NCBI GenBank assembly: GCA_010405405.1 | Contig: MU004237.1 | Location: forward strand, 1,685,345-1,749,344 | Source of the DNA: Microthyrium microscopicum | Taxonomy: Eukaryota | DNA length: 64,000 nucleotides | Reading direction: 5' to 3' | In this document: one piece after another, positions 35,525 to 48,600 of the stretch | Layout: each line of letters starts with the position of its first letter | How positions within the stretch are numbered: position 1 is the stretch's first letter | Notes under the pieces: generated by a model | Seen by the model: the letters and a program-made list of their open reading frames with translations, nothing else | The model's database searches: none | What the model was told of the DNA's origin: nothing | Position numbers and translations under genes: made by a program

Positions 35525-36266
35525 TAGTTGTGAAGAGTAATCTGAGCTCCGTTTGCGTCCTCAGCTACCAGAATGGATCTAATGTATGAGTTGAGGTTGT
35601 GAATGATAAATCAACACATCCCTGCTCTATAAATGTAATTGTAGTCTCTATAAAAGCTTATATTCACTGCCCGCTGTAGCGTAAGATTGATCCTTGCTCT
35701 TCACGATAACGACACAAGTCCTACCCTTTGCGTGCAGTAGATATAGGGTGAACAATTCGAGTATACCTACATAAAGCGCACCCTGAACTCGCAAGATCCT
35801 TTTCAAAGCCAGGTTTTCTAGAAACACAGCCACGTCAATCTCAGATCTCACTCCAATCCAAGCTGACAATGGCTGTTTATAATGAGCCTTTATTGCATAA
35901 AATCCCTTAGCCCCGAAGAAATCTGCCTCGCAATAACATGCAGCTAGACACGCACAAGCGCACAGGAAAACCCCATTGAGATATTTGAAACGCTTCTAGC
36001 GGTACGAAATACCGTCTCCCCGCCAGTGACTCACAACTCAATTCATGCAAGTCTATGGGGAAATGAACGATTGATCAATGCGTCAATTGAATCGACGTCC
36101 CATCAGGAAGATACGTTTCCCTTTGAATCCCTAGCTAAGGACTTACACAAATGAACTGCCATGAAGATCAAATTGAAGCACGAGGGCTCCTTGAACTGGG
36201 TCAAGCGAGAGAGAGATAATTACTAACAGATTCTTAATCTCCGCCAATATCCGGTTGGGAAAGTGT

Positions 36267-36470
36267 CAAGGGGTCGACAAAATAAACGGCGCTCGCCCAA
36301 CAAGTGCGATGGCTCCCATATAAGACGATCTTGCTTTATTTGCCATAGAGCGCGTTCAGACTTCGATTATATATCGAATGCGATGGGAAATATAACACAT
36401 TTGGATTAACAACGTTCGCGGGAGCCATCGACTCTGATGGGAGAACGCCAGTTATTTTGTTCATCGGTTG
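36267..36470 (+). mobile_element. MITE family A copy with perfect 5-bp TSD (agtgt)
   Basis: caaggggtcgacaaaataaacggcgc...ttattttgttcatcggttg; agtgt at 36262-36266 and 36471-36475. Confidence 0.88.
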
Positions 36471-37505
36471 AGTGTAACCTCAATCGCGCAACCATGGATC
36501 AGAGATAGGCAAGCTGATGCGGACGATGCAGGATTTCAATCTGTTAAGAAATGAATGCCCGCACTTCCTGAGCGTGCATGCAGGTTCAGACCTGGGATGG
36601 GCCTGGTTGGTCGATTTCAACAATGCGGCGACCGGTCAAAATCAGTCAACGGTGTCCTCGATGAGGAACAGTGGCCTGGGAACTGGGATCCACCTGTCCA
36701 AGTCCGCTCTTCTTGGGGCATTTTGCGCGCCTAGACCAATCAGTGGGCAGGAAAGCGGACAGACAGGCGGGATTGCTGGGAAGAGAGAGAGGGCCGAGGC
36801 GGAATATGTTTCATCAAGGGCGCAGAATTGTGCTGCGGCAGATGCAGGAAGCAGTCTGCGGAACGAGGTGCAGTGGGCTTTGGAGCCAAAGAGAGGCCGG
36901 AGACGCGCTTGTTCAGGAAAGGGCGTGCGGGTAGTTTGGACAGATGGCATGTGCTAGAAAGTGTTCAAGAGGCCATCGGTTGGATGCCTGATGCGTGATA
37001 GATGTTTGATTTGAGGATGTCGTGAAGGCTTTGGGAATCTTGAGATGCAGGCTTTCAGGAGTAATTTACAGGCACAGGCAACCATGGTTCAGGATTCAAC
37101 GGCGGAGTACAGAAGTATCCCAAAGAGGAAAAGTGGTAATCATTTCTTCGATGTTGGTCCCCGCAAAAGATTGAGTTGCGTCCGCTGCGCCTCGTTCTCT
37201 ACGGTTGGCGGTTTTGCTAGTGAGTGCTATCAGAATTGCTGGTACGATATCGTGAAATTAGCATATTGATTTTGCTATTTCGTCTCTTGTTCTGCTTCAT
37301 TTCTCAATAACGGAGAGGAGTAGAGAAGAGTTTCAAGTTGAGTTGGAAAGCGCAACAAGCGGTCCTTCCTCAGCGTTTCCTTCCTTCCGTGCTCCAAGCT
37401 CGCTGCTGCCTCTAAACAGTGGTGAGAAAGGCCGGGAATCTCATCTATTCTTGCCCGTTTAATCCGTTTAATCCGTCGTACCTCCCTTAGTTCCGCCAAG
37501 CCAGG

Positions 37506-37512
37506 TGAGTCA
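37506..37512. promoter_or_regulatory. Gcn4/CpcA response element (TGAGTCA) in the cpcA promoter
   Basis: Exact TGA(C/G)TCA about 300 nt upstream of the uORF leader; further copies at 36027-36033 and 39794-39800. Confidence 0.6.
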
Positions 37513-37823
37513 CAACTGATATTGCACTAGTGGTTTCCCTACATCTGACACCGCGTTGATTTGGCTTGATTGGTTGCATCTCGTATCTTTGGCGTACTAC
37601 TGCGGCTGCGCACCAATCCAAAGAGGCGCCAGCGTAAATTACATGCGATGCTAAGCCTCCATAGCAGCTAGTCCCGTGCTTCCACTTTCTAGGCCAACAG
37701 TCATAAAATCCTCTCCCCCCCGCCAGTCATCCATCCTTTTCTCTTCTTCTTCCCATTCCCAAACACTTTACAAATACATACGCACACTCACACATAACAC
37801 TCACCCAGCGCATGTAATCAGCT

Positions 37824-37835
37824 ATGGAGTTCTAG
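37824..37835 (+). promoter_or_regulatory. cpcA uORF1 (Met-Glu-Phe-stop)
   Basis: ATG GAG TTC TAG, preceded by an ATG-TAA at 37812-37817; both are in frame with the main ORF. Confidence 0.8.
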
Positions 37836-38029
37836 TCTCCCCCTTTTCACTCTTCATTTTGTCTTCCCGGCAAAATTCAGTCACACTCTAACCGACTCTC
37901 AAAACCCAACCACTCTTCAGAGCCACCTCTCGTAGGACATCTGAACTACAGCAACGCCCCAGGCAGCTTCACTTCTCTACTACCCACCGTTTTCTTCCCG
38001 CCGTCCACCACGGCTTCCCACCAGCAAAC

Positions 38030-38179
38030 ATGGCCTTCCCCACAGGATCCCCCAGTATTTCACCCATCAGAGCAGCTTCAGATTCCGCGTACAGATTTCC
38101 AACTATTCGATTCCGCCAGGCAGGTTCGCGCCCAGCAACAGCGACCCGCTCAAGGTCACAACTTTGTTCCTACGATTAA
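38030..38179 (+). promoter_or_regulatory. cpcA uORF2 (49 codons, inhibitory type)
   Basis: aaacATGGcc context; MAFPTGSPSISPIRAASDSAYRFPTIRFRQAGSRPATATRSRSQLCSYD*; out of frame with the main ORF and ending 157 nt before its ATG. Confidence 0.82.
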
Positions 38180-38336
38180 TACCCCGAGTCAACTTTCTCT
38201 CTTCCCAAACTCGGCACCCGCTTCTTCTACCGGTCTAAACCAACTGCATCAGCACCAGTCTCGTCATCAGGGCCAGTTGTTCCCTAGCAACTCTACCACT
38301 CAACTGAATCAGCAGCGATCCCCTCACCAGGCCAAC

Positions 38337-39092
38337 ATGGCAGGTAATTCTTTGCTCTCCTCCCCCGCAGAATCGCAAATACTTACTCCTACATCAGACT
38401 TTGAGCTCATGACGAGCTTCTCGTCCGAGTTGACTGGTGATCTGGATGGTGGTCTCTTTGACCCCACCAGCCCACTGATTGATTACGATGGTTTCGGAGG
38501 TGCTGAGCTTAGTGCTATGCCCACCAACACCTCGGATCTAACAGTATCTCCACATGAGTTGGCGCTGAATGACAGCCCCAGTCTCTATGGATCTGCTCCT
38601 CCTTCTGGTGCCTTGACAAACTTGACGTCTCCCGACATTTACAACACCTCTCCCGACTACAGCTTGGATCACCTTGACGCTGCCAACTGGTCGTCTCTCT
38701 TTCCCGACCAGCCAGATACCGTCGCTCCAGTTGCCATGCAACGCAACTTTAGCAGCGGTAGCTCAATAAGCCCAAGCAACTCTCCACATGGTGTTGGTGC
38801 TGCCCGAACTTCTGAACGTCCAACTTCCATCCACCGCAACTCTGTTGGTGGCGTGACCAAATCTCGCCGCCGACAAGGTCAACTCAAAATTATCGACTAC
38901 GATACCAATGACAAGGTGGCTGCCAAGCGTGCCCGCAATACTCTAGCCGCTCGTGATTCTCGTGCTCGCAAGGCTGCTCATGTCGAGCACCTTGAGGGTG
39001 AGATCAGCAAGCTAGAGGAAGAGCTTGATCAACTCCGAAAGGAGCGAGCTTCATGCCACTGCGGTGCATCTCAATCTCACGGACTTCATTAA
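38337..39092 (+). CDS. cpcA: Cross-pathway control bZIP transcription factor (GCN4/CPC-1/CpcA)
   Basis: ATG GCA G followed by intron 38344-38397. Motifs TVSPHEL, SAPPSGALTNLTSP, WSSLFP, GVTKSRRR, and bZIP KRARNTLAARDSRARK with a leucine zipper. Two-uORF leader. Confidence 0.95.
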   Translation: MAGNSLLSSPAESQILTPTSDFELMTSFSSELTGDLDGGLFDPTSPLIDYDGFGGAELSAMPTNTSDLTVSPHELALNDSPSLYGSAPPSGALTNLTSPDIYNTSPDYSLDHLDAANWSSLFPDQPDTVAPVAMQRNFSSGSSISPSNSPHGVGAARTSERPTSIHRNSVGGVTKSRRRQGQLKIIDYDTNDKVAAKRARNTLAARDSRARKAAHVEHLEGEISKLEEELDQLRKERASCHCGASQSHGLH

Positions 39093-40390
39093 TTTCATCT
39101 TTGCAAAATGTTCGCCCAAAGAGAAGACATTAACTTGTTCTTCTCTCATCTTTTCCCCACCAGAAATCCAACCCCCAAAAGTACAAAAAATACTCGCTTA
39201 TTCCAACAAAAGTCGACCTTTTCACCATTTTTTTTAAGCGCCAAACCGGTTCTGACGTCTCCCATTTATTTGGGATTTGACTCGTGGTTTTGGTTGTCCT
39301 TGTGCTCTATTATTGTTTTTATTCTTACATCTGAAGCTCGGGGTTCCTGTGGGGAATGTTTCTGGTTGATTGATTGAGATATCATGATCCAGAGACAATC
39401 TCTATTTTCTTTATTATGCTGCCAAAATTGAGGGCGTGTGGCATGGACATAGCTTCAGCGTGGAGTCTTGTAGTTAGCTACCTCCGTTCGGAATATGAAT
39501 ATTCACTATTCTCTCATAACACTTCGATCTCTTCATCGTGGATACGCTCTTTGGTGTTGAGATCCTGATGGGCGTGATCTGTATGATTTGAGGCTCATCT
39601 TGTTAGATCTGCCTAGTGGTCAAAAGATCCGGCTGCGTTGGTCCTATCGGGCTGGTCGTGTAACTCCCTCAAGCCCCTGTATGATAGGCCAGTTGTTGTC
39701 TGTTTGATAAACGAGGTCAAAATCTTCGAACAGATGCCGCGAATCTGCCACTCTTATATATCCGTTTGTGAGCCATCGTGGCAAACGGGTCAGTGAGTCA
39801 ACTTGCTCTTATGACTGGTTGGGCATTGGGCGTGACTTATGCCTGTTTGTTGCGTGTCTGTTGGTGTCATTTGGTATTTCTTGTATGATGTTTGGACCGC
39901 CTGGCAGTGTCTGTATGTTTGCGAGTTAGAGTTATCGACTTGGTATGAAAACTACCTATTACCTGATATGGAGGGAAGTGTGGTTCGCGCAACCACATTC
40001 TACATCTGGGTGTATGCTTCATGCATGTGTGATTTGATCAATGGTGATCCAGTCACCGCTGTTATAGATAGTGTTTTCCCATCGGCGCTTCGCCTTGCAT
40101 GAATTTATGCTCAAGGTAACCAGCGTTTAGCTATCTGCGAAGAAAAAGCTTAAGCGAGTCTGAAATTCCAAGATGTGCAATTGGCTGAATTAATGCTGCA
40201 GCATGCTTAATGCGGCCTGTAAACGATCAGGCTGAGGCGGAGTGCATGCAGATATGGTTACCTGCAGTATCGAGTCTGCCTGAGCTTTCCTCTTTGACTT
40301 CTGGACAGTCTACGAGGCTGGCGAGCGGTGGAAAATTATATAAGGACCGAGGGCGCTCTTGAGTCCTTCATAGACAGATACTGATTAACT

Positions 40391-41929
40391 ATGTCTGACG
40401 GCGTCACCGACGATCCTGGATATTCCGCTTACGCCAAAAGAAAGCAAGAATTCAAGGAGAATTTTCCTGAAGAAGTGGTAAAAGCTTGGTATGATATTGC
40501 GGCAGTGCTCAGTTCTCCAGAAGACGTTATCGAAACGAAGTATAACAGCACAGAATCACAGTGGTTACGGCGTTTTCTGGAGCCGAAACATCTCTCTGGA
40601 GATCTTGGAGATGTATGGAGTCAGGTAGTGGAGAGACTACAGCCAGCAAGAATAGAATTCGACGTCAATCCCAGCCTTGCGGTGGAGAGGCTTCGTATCT
40701 TTGCAAATGATATTAGGAACGAAGCGGTGGGAATGTACTTAGCTAGAAGCACGTGGCTTGACATGAGTACTAGCTTCATATATATTTGCACGGAGATCAT
40801 GAGGAGAAGAGAGACCTTCGCTGCAGCTGTTGCACATGCAGAAGTAGCGGCTGCTGCTGCGTCGCTGCCAGCACCCTATGATCCTTCAAAGATGCGGGCT
40901 CTGGAGGGTGCAGACTTCCACGTACACCAACAAGCTGCGACAAATATCGCCAGCCGGCTTCAGAAGCATGAATCAAAGTACACTTCCTACGGCGCTAACA
41001 AGCACCCGGGATTTGCTGTCTCTCGTTGTCAGTTCTACAATCGAAGTTGAAAGAACAGGTAGTAACCTAACGGAACAGTTCATCGACGAATATACGATCG
41101 ACATACTCTTTTCGAGGTGTACGAGGCAGCTAGAGGACAATGGCCACATGAAACAGAACAGCTTGGGAGCCTTTTCCGAGAAATGATCCAGTCGAGTAAT
41201 TGGAGCGAGCTTCTTGAAATCGATCTCGCCCCTTGGCACCAGGTGAGAAAAAATATCCAGCTCTTCGTGAGCATGATCACTGGCGAGCACCCGAGCGAAG
41301 GCGATTCAATGGACGATTTATTCCAGCGACTCAACCGCAGCGGAGCTTCTAGGCAATACGATCCAATTTTCAAAGAGATGAGAAATCTCCGAGACACAGT
41401 ACAAAAGCTAAAACAAGTAGTCACCAGTCTTGAATACCGCAGACTACTAGAACAACTTCCCAACAAGAGCCACTACGACACACTTCCAGCTTTCGCCAAG
41501 CCTCACCAGCGGTCCGCTACGAAGTACTGGCAACATGCATGGGATAAGTTAGTCGAGGAAGAGATGGTACATCTCATCAATAGTCGTCCAGCAGGTGGCC
41601 CACGCATGCCGTCGCAGCGCCCTCTATCTCATCTCTTCGAGTACAACTTTGGCAAATGGCGAGATAGCCACCCAACTGGCCTGATTGTGCCTCCAGCGGC
41701 TTGGAAGAAGTGGCCTGGATATCAGAGGGGCTTGGATCTCTATGGAGAGTTGAGCAATAATATTCACCAATACTCGACGGTAGATGGTACTACACCATAT
41801 GAGATCAATGAGACGAGTTGGTCGAGAAGTGAACGGTTGATTCTGGAGTCTCTGAAGCCAGATCCGACCAGGTTCGTGGATAGGGATCCAGACTGGGATA
41901 ACGAAAGAACGATACGAAATCTTCCGTGA
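40391..41929 (+). CDS. Hypothetical protein (2 exons, about 495 aa)
   Basis: Intron 41028-41078 (GTCAGT, CCTAAC, CAG) joins ORF 40391 in frame to ORF 41117; contains SLEYRRLLEQLP and LYGELSNNIH. Confidence 0.72.
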
Positions 41930-42372
41930 GTCAGGCTAGTGAGACGTTGCGGATTGAAAATAAAATGATTCCTCTGACTTGATGGTCTGTGGACATATTA
42001 TGCTCCCTGAGTGTTTTATGCTTATTATCCAGATCCAACTGACTTTGAGTTCTCGAGCTAATGGAACGTGTCAAAGTTAGCTGTGTTGTGGTGAGTAGTC
42101 CCTGGCTGCCATCAATAGAGCTGGTAACCTTTTTCTTGCTTGCCAACTGCTGCTTATGCCCTGAGTAGTTCGTCGGACCTGGATGCTGATTGATAGTTTG
42201 TAAGGAGGAGCACTAGCTCACGAGAAATAGCAGATCTAGCCTTGGAAGCAAAAGGAATCGCATTATGCGTGTGCTCGTAGATTCTACACACGACCACTTG
42301 ACGCTCTCATAGAAAAGGATAATCATTTTCTCCGTACCCTCAGACGAGATAAACAGCATTCTTCTATTTATT

Positions 42373-42657
42373 TTAACGTTTGCCGACGCCGTCCATACAA
42401 TGCCTATCTTTACAGCATCGACAGCGCCATGAATTCTCAGGACATTCTGAAAAAGAGTCAGCAAGCTGTTTAGAAGATGTTAAGTTTCTTCACTCACCAA
42501 ACAGCATATAGCCATTAGGATAATTTGCACACTGTGTTTCACACATTTCTTGCGCTTGGGTTTGGTCTACGTGCCGGCATACTATCTGTGCTGATGTCGT
42601 AAGGGTTATTAGCGACATTGAGCCAGAGATGAGTAGAGCAAGAAACTGAGCCTTCAT
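42373..42657 (-). CDS. Secreted 8-Cys CS-alpha-beta defensin-like peptide (77 aa, 2 exons)
   Basis: Exons 42657-42498 and 42446-42373 (GTGAGT, GCTGAC, CAG intron) give MKAQFLALLISGSMSLITLTTSAQIVCRHVDQTQAQEMCETQCANYPNGYMLFECPENSWRCRCCKDRHCMDGVGKR*. Confidence 0.8.
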
Positions 42658-43490
42658 GCTTGCTTTTGATGGTATGATGGTATGATGGTATTGATTGTGG
42701 TGATGCTTAGAGCTGAAGAAGAGATATTGGATATTTGTGTAAGTTTGAATAGTGTGATGGCGAGCCAGGCGAGTGCTGCCTTTATATGTGTCTATACCAC
42801 AAGTTTCCAATAGCACTCAAGATTTCCAGAGGACAGAAAGTGGGGCAGCTCACGATAGATGGTAGTACCCGAATCTGGAGTCTTGCTTCCTCTTCTCGTG
42901 TAACTGGATCGATGGCTATTACGTTTATATCTGCTGAAGATGAAGTAGCATTAAGAGCTACGAAGCTGCTGATCATCACCGTCGTCATCATGGTCACCAC
43001 TCAGGTACTTGTTGTATCGTAAAACATAGTGTGCTGTCTGGTTTTAACTTGTTGGGGACCTCGATCAAGTATTTCCTGTTCTGTTATTCTATATGCCTTT
43101 GTTTGCAGCACCATCTGGTCGGTAAGGCTTGTAGTTGATACCGGCACGCATTAATGAAATCCTGGGTTGTGGTTTGAGGCCGGAACGTCCCCGCGGTGGA
43201 TATACTACAGATGGTAAGGCTGAGCGTTCATGAGATATAATTGGTTGAATGGTCGTGGAATGGAACCGCGAATAACCGACGACACCAAATGATATAACTT
43301 CACGTCTTTAGCGGCCCTGGACGAAAGGAACCATCAAACACCTTGAAAGAGCTAGGAACCGCCTGGAGGGCATCGAAGAACTCATATCAAAACATCTACG
43401 TTGCGCGCTGTTTTTCGAGTAAATTGCAACACCAAGCTCACCACGGCATCGCTCCATCCATCACCTAGTAAATCATCAAACATCATCACA

Positions 43491-44855
43491 ATGCCTGTTA
43501 CCAACTTCTCTACCCCTGAGAAATACACCTATCTCCCCGGCTTCGCAACATATCACGAATCCGAAGCCATCCCAAACACAATTCCCATCGCCCAAAATGC
43601 CCCCCAAAAGCCCGCCCATGGCCTCTACGCTGAGAAACTTTCCGGTACCGCCTTTACCGCCCCTCGTCATGAGAATCAACAGGCCTGGCTATACCGCATC
43701 GTCCCGGCATCTGCACACTCCTCCTTCGATCCGCTAGACCTCTCGCCCAAACTGAACCCACCAACCAGCGAGAATGGCCGATGGCATCAAATTCCGAACC
43801 AACTACGCTGGTCGCCCTTTGATCTTGACGACCAAGCGAGCTGGGTGGACGGCATGCATTTGGTTGCAGGTGCAGGCGATGCGGCGCTGAAGCACGGGTT
43901 GGGGATTTTGGTATTTGCGGTGGGTAAGAGTATGGAAAGGAGAACGGCGTATTACTCAGCTGATGGCGATGCGTTGATTGTGCTACAGCATGGTGTGCTA
44001 GATGTGACGACGGAGTTCGGCAAGATTCTGGTGAGGCCGGGAGAGATCTTTGTCATCCCAAGGGGAATAAGATATCGCGTAGATCTGCCAGATGGGCCAG
44101 CAAGGGGGTACATTCTGGAGCTATATTCCGGACACTTTGCGCTGCCGGAGCTGGGTCCTATCGGCACGAACGGCTTAGCGAATGGTGGAGACTTTCAATG
44201 TCCGGTGGCGGCCTTTGAGGAGGACTTCGAGGACGGGAATACGTACACACTCGTTGCGAAATTCGCTGGCAAGCTATTCAGGGCCAAACAGGATCACACG
44301 CCTTTTGATGTAGTGGGCTGGAAAGGCAACTATTACCCGTATAAGTACGACCTTGGCCGGTTCAACACTATGGGAACAATCAGCTACGACCACCCGGATC
44401 CGAGCATCTTCACAGTTCTTACTGCCCAGAGTGACAAACCTGGCACGGCAATCGCCGACTTCGTCATCTTCCCACCTCGCTGGCTTGTCGGCGAAGATAC
44501 CTTCCGACCACCATACTACCATCGAAACTGTATGAGCGAGTTTATGGGCATGATATGCGGCGAATATGATGCCAAGATTGGCGGTGGCTTTCTGCCTGCG
44601 GGCGCCAGTCTACATAACGTCATGTCAGCACATGGCCCTGATGCAGAAACACATAAGAAGGCGTCCGAGGCACCATTGAAGCCGGTGAAAGTCGGAGAGG
44701 GAAGTATGGCGTTTATGTTCGAGAGTTGTTTGATGGTGGGCGTGACCGAGTGGGGATTGCACAAGTGTGATAAGGTGCAGGAAGACTATAATAAGGAGAG
44801 CTGGGAAGGACTGAAGGGACACTTTAAGCGACCGGATGGAGAGGCGGCGAGATAG
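43491..44855 (+). CDS. hmgA: Homogentisate 1,2-dioxygenase
   Basis: [48 protein letters not shown], iron-ligand motifs [15 protein letters not shown] and HGPD, AFMFES. Confidence 0.97.
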   Translation: MPVTNFSTPEKYTYLPGFATYHESEAIPNTIPIAQNAPQKPAHGLYAEKLSGTAFTAPRHENQQAWLYRIVPASAHSSFDPLDLSPKLNPPTSENGRWHQIPNQLRWSPFDLDDQASWVDGMHLVAGAGDAALKHGLGILVFAVGKSMERRTAYYSADGDALIVLQHGVLDVTTEFGKILVRPGEIFVIPRGIRYRVDLPDGPARGYILELYSGHFALPELGPIGTNGLANGGDFQCPVAAFEEDFEDGNTYTLVAKFAGKLFRAKQDHTPFDVVGWKGNYYPYKYDLGRFNTMGTISYDHPDPSIFTVLTAQSDKPGTAIADFVIFPPRWLVGEDTFRPPYYHRNCMSEFMGMICGEYDAKIGGGFLPAGASLHNVMSAHGPDAETHKKASEAPLKPVKVGEGSMAFMFESCLMVGVTEWGLHKCDKVQEDYNKESWEGLKGHFKRPDGEAAR

Positions 44856-45611
44856 GAGTCTTTGATGGGCTGCGGGCGTAGAGACTTGCCTACTCCTATG
44901 CAATAAAATCTCTAAAATCAGAATATCTTACCATTACCTAGAGCCCTCAGCGTGGCTAAATGATAAGATGGGCATTTGACTGCTTTTGAAGGACGAGAGC
45001 TTATATCAGAGTATCGTTTTCGCTTTTGATAGCATTGAGGACTTTGACATACCATAAATCTTATAGTCCATCTCGCGCTTGAATATGAAGCAAATTTTCG
45101 AAGCACTTATCAAAGTCACCACAAGAATCTCGAGAAACAAAAATTGGGCAAAGAATGTTAGCTTCCTATGGTGTATCTATAATCAGGGAAGGAAAAAGCC
45201 TCAATCCTAAACGAATGTGCCAATTTGAGTTGTCTCCTCCTTTAAAAGAATGTGTGATCCTGCTTTCGATGCTGGAAATAGGTGAACGAATGTCTGATAG
45301 TAGTTGGAATGCAATGAATTCTCTCCTTTGAAAAGAGAGTAGAACTTCTTTTCAGTCTTGAAGTTGGTAAGTGAAGGGCCAGTGCTGCAAGAATAGAATG
45401 CACTAGTTCGGATCGATGTATTTTTTTGAGTGTAGGTAGGCTGGAAGGTGGCATGATTTGTGAGTCGAAAAGTGTTCACTTGATCTAAGCAGTTTTCTGC
45501 TTTTTGTTTCGACCGTTGGACTTTGAGCCAGATGCCGTTCGTTTGCCGGATTTGGAAGATGGAGAGCTTCATGTACGTTAGATTTGGGCCAGTTTAGAGA
45601 ATCTTGTCGAC

Positions 45612-48600
45612 TTACTTTTGTGCCTTTGGTTGTTTGTCCTTGTCATCTTCATCCAAGCATAGGTCAATGTTTTCCTGCTTCGCTTCCTGTCTGTCTTTCA
45701 TGTACTCTTCGACGCTGTCCGCGGTGACAACACGAACGATTTGGCATTTCTTGGTCTGGCCAATGCGTACGAGTCGGCTAGCTGCTTGATCGTCGATAGC
45801 CTCATTCCACCAAGGGTCCATAATCAAGGCTCGAGAAGCCATGGTGAGGTTCAGTCCAGTGCCACCAGCTCGAATTGAGCAGAGAAAGACCTGGTGCTTG
45901 TTCGTGGAGAATTCTTTGATAGATGCGGCTCGCTCTGCCTCGGACATCTTGCCTTCGAGCTAGAAAGGACAGCAATTAGAACCGAGCCTTACCATGCTTC
46001 GCACAGAACTTACTCTATTGCACTTCCAGCCATTTTTCTGACAAATCTTCTCATATATGTCCAGACTATGAAGCAGTGTCAGAATAGGATAATACCTTGT
46101 ATCATATGGAGAACATACGGGCCCAAGAATTGGGAGAACACGACAACCTTCGCCGTTGGATCTTCTTGCATCCAATTTTGCTGTGTCCCAACTCGTTAGT
46201 GATAGAATCAGAAGAAAGGGATGATCTCCTTACCATCTGAGCTTCAAAGACTGCCGTTTTTGCATTGGATGTATAATCATCGAGGAATCTTTTGAGCCAG
46301 GACACGCTTAGGCTATCTTCGGTGAATGGTTTGGGTCCATGGGTGTTGTTGACATTTGCACATTGCGGTTCGGGGCATTTGGTCGAACAAGGATCGACAA
46401 AATATCGGTCCTCCCAGCACTGATAGCATGTCTTATGGCCACATGCAAGCTTGAACTTCTCGTCTTCCTGGCGTGGGTTCTTTTGGCAGAACGTGCAATG
46501 ATTAGAGGCCTTTTCCAAGTCATCCACAAACTTTTCGTAGTCATAGACGAGGCCTACATGGAATAAGTCAGATAAAGAACGTCAAGTAGGGCCAAGAGCG
46601 GAACGAGAACTTACCGAACCCTTTAATCTTACCTGCCTCACGCAGCTCTACAGGGCTAATCGAGGAGAATTCATCTTCCACATCTTCCCAGTCTAGCGTT
46701 CGAGAAGGGGCTTCAATACCCACTCCTCCGGGGAACTCGACCTCATCTTCGTAGAAATCTTTCAACAGCTTTCGCAGTCTTGCCAGGTTTTGAAAGTTCT
46801 TGTGGTGCCGACCTGGGACTTCCATGTATTCCTTGACCACCTGCTTGACTTCTTTGATGTCTTCAAGGGTGAAAAGCTCCTTTAGTATGCCTTCGACCAG
46901 CATAACATGATTGACACATTGTCGTAGCCGAATGCCGAATCCCATCGGGCTCATATAGTCTTTGGGCTCCTCAGCTCTACTTCTAGCCTCTTCGACCTCA
47001 GTGTCATCCGCCGCATTGATGTCTTCGCCAGCCTCTAAGATTCGGTCATAGAGAATCTGGTAGATCTTTGTGGTGATCTGATCCATTGGCACCTGTGAAA
47101 CGTTAATTACGCCGACTTGTTCGTACCAGGAGAGTGAAATCACTTACTAGCACTCGTAGCTCGGAATACGGTGGGAGATCGAGAATCTTTTGTCCGAACA
47201 ACCACGAATCTCGATTGCGGCGAAGCATGAGACGGTCAAGCAAGTCTTGGAGCCTATCATCCGATTTCTCTCCAGTATGCTTCGAAATGAAATCTCGCTT
47301 GCTTTTGAAGGTGTTCTGATTCAGGACTTTCAGGTAGGAGTATACCTCGGATATGTTGTTGACTAGGGGCGAACCGGTGACGATCCAACGATACTTGGCA
47401 TGAAGATCGGAAACCATCTTATGCTTCTTCGTTGCGTCGTTTCGGACAATATGGCCTTCGTCGAGAATTACTCGGCGCCAGCGATGCGTTCGAAGAACGG
47501 AGGCCGCTGGTTGTATCAATTCATCCCAGCTAACAATGATCACGTCATTTTTTGGTTCAACCCGTCCTTTTCCAGTGGCAAAGGTGTCTTTGAGACTGGT
47601 CCAAAGAAATACCCCGAGTTCAAGAGGGCTCAGATCGAGAAAGGAGTCAAACTCTGCTTCCCACCCATGGCGTACAGACTTTGGGACAACAATGAGTGTG
47701 GAGTGACAGGCCTTCGCTCGGCATGCTTGTTTGTTGGCAAGCTTGTCAAGGACAATATTGGTAATCATTTGAATGGTTTTTCCAAGACCCATATCGTCAG
47801 CAAGAATACCGCCTTGGTACCCATCTTCCGAGCTTTCTTGCTGTCTAATCCAAGCGACACCTACTTCAGTTAGCATAGTTGAAGATTAGATGCCAAAATA
47901 TCATACCACTCATCTGATGGCTATAGAGCAGACCACGAATACCTTTGAACTCCCATACAGTAGGAGCTCCTTGATGGTAAGCGTCTTGATTAAATTTGAC
48001 CAGCTTTTTGACAGCCATCGTGCTTGATTTGAAAGATCGCATCTGCTCGTTCAGTGGCCATGCCTCATTCACTTTGCACCATTTTTTCCATCCATGAGGA
48101 GCGCGTTTTGCAAGCGCCAATATGGCGGTACTAGCAGCCGAAGTGTTGATAGTGGCCAACGAGTTTTCTGCTTCCTCGGCGGCATTAACTTTCCAGAGGC
48201 GAGGGCGTGTAAGACTGACACCACCAACACTGCTCGTATAGAAACGGTGATATTTGAGTTTTCTCATGGCAGAACGTCGTTCCATGAGTTGCTGCGTTAC
48301 GTTGGTTGGGCAAGAGTCGTCGATTGACTTGAACTTGCTCTTCTTCTGCTTCGCTTTGGATTTGACTTTTGCATGTGCACCAAGTCCTTTTCGTTTGCTG
48401 CCAATATCCTCATCACCTCTATGCTCTTTATCGCCGTTGATATAGGCTTCGTCATCACTACCATTTGCATTCTCAGCCTCGCTCTCTTCGTCGTCACTAC
48501 TATCATCAGTCTCATGCTCAGAAGACTCGGAGCTCTCACGATCTTCACTAAGGTTGAAGTTCGTTTCATTGAAGTTGGGAGAGAGCGAGTGGGATGGGCG

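Noticed and set aside
36517..36957. 146-aa ORF and overlapping ORFs upstream of cpcA
   Set aside because: No protein-like features; probably promoter-region noise.
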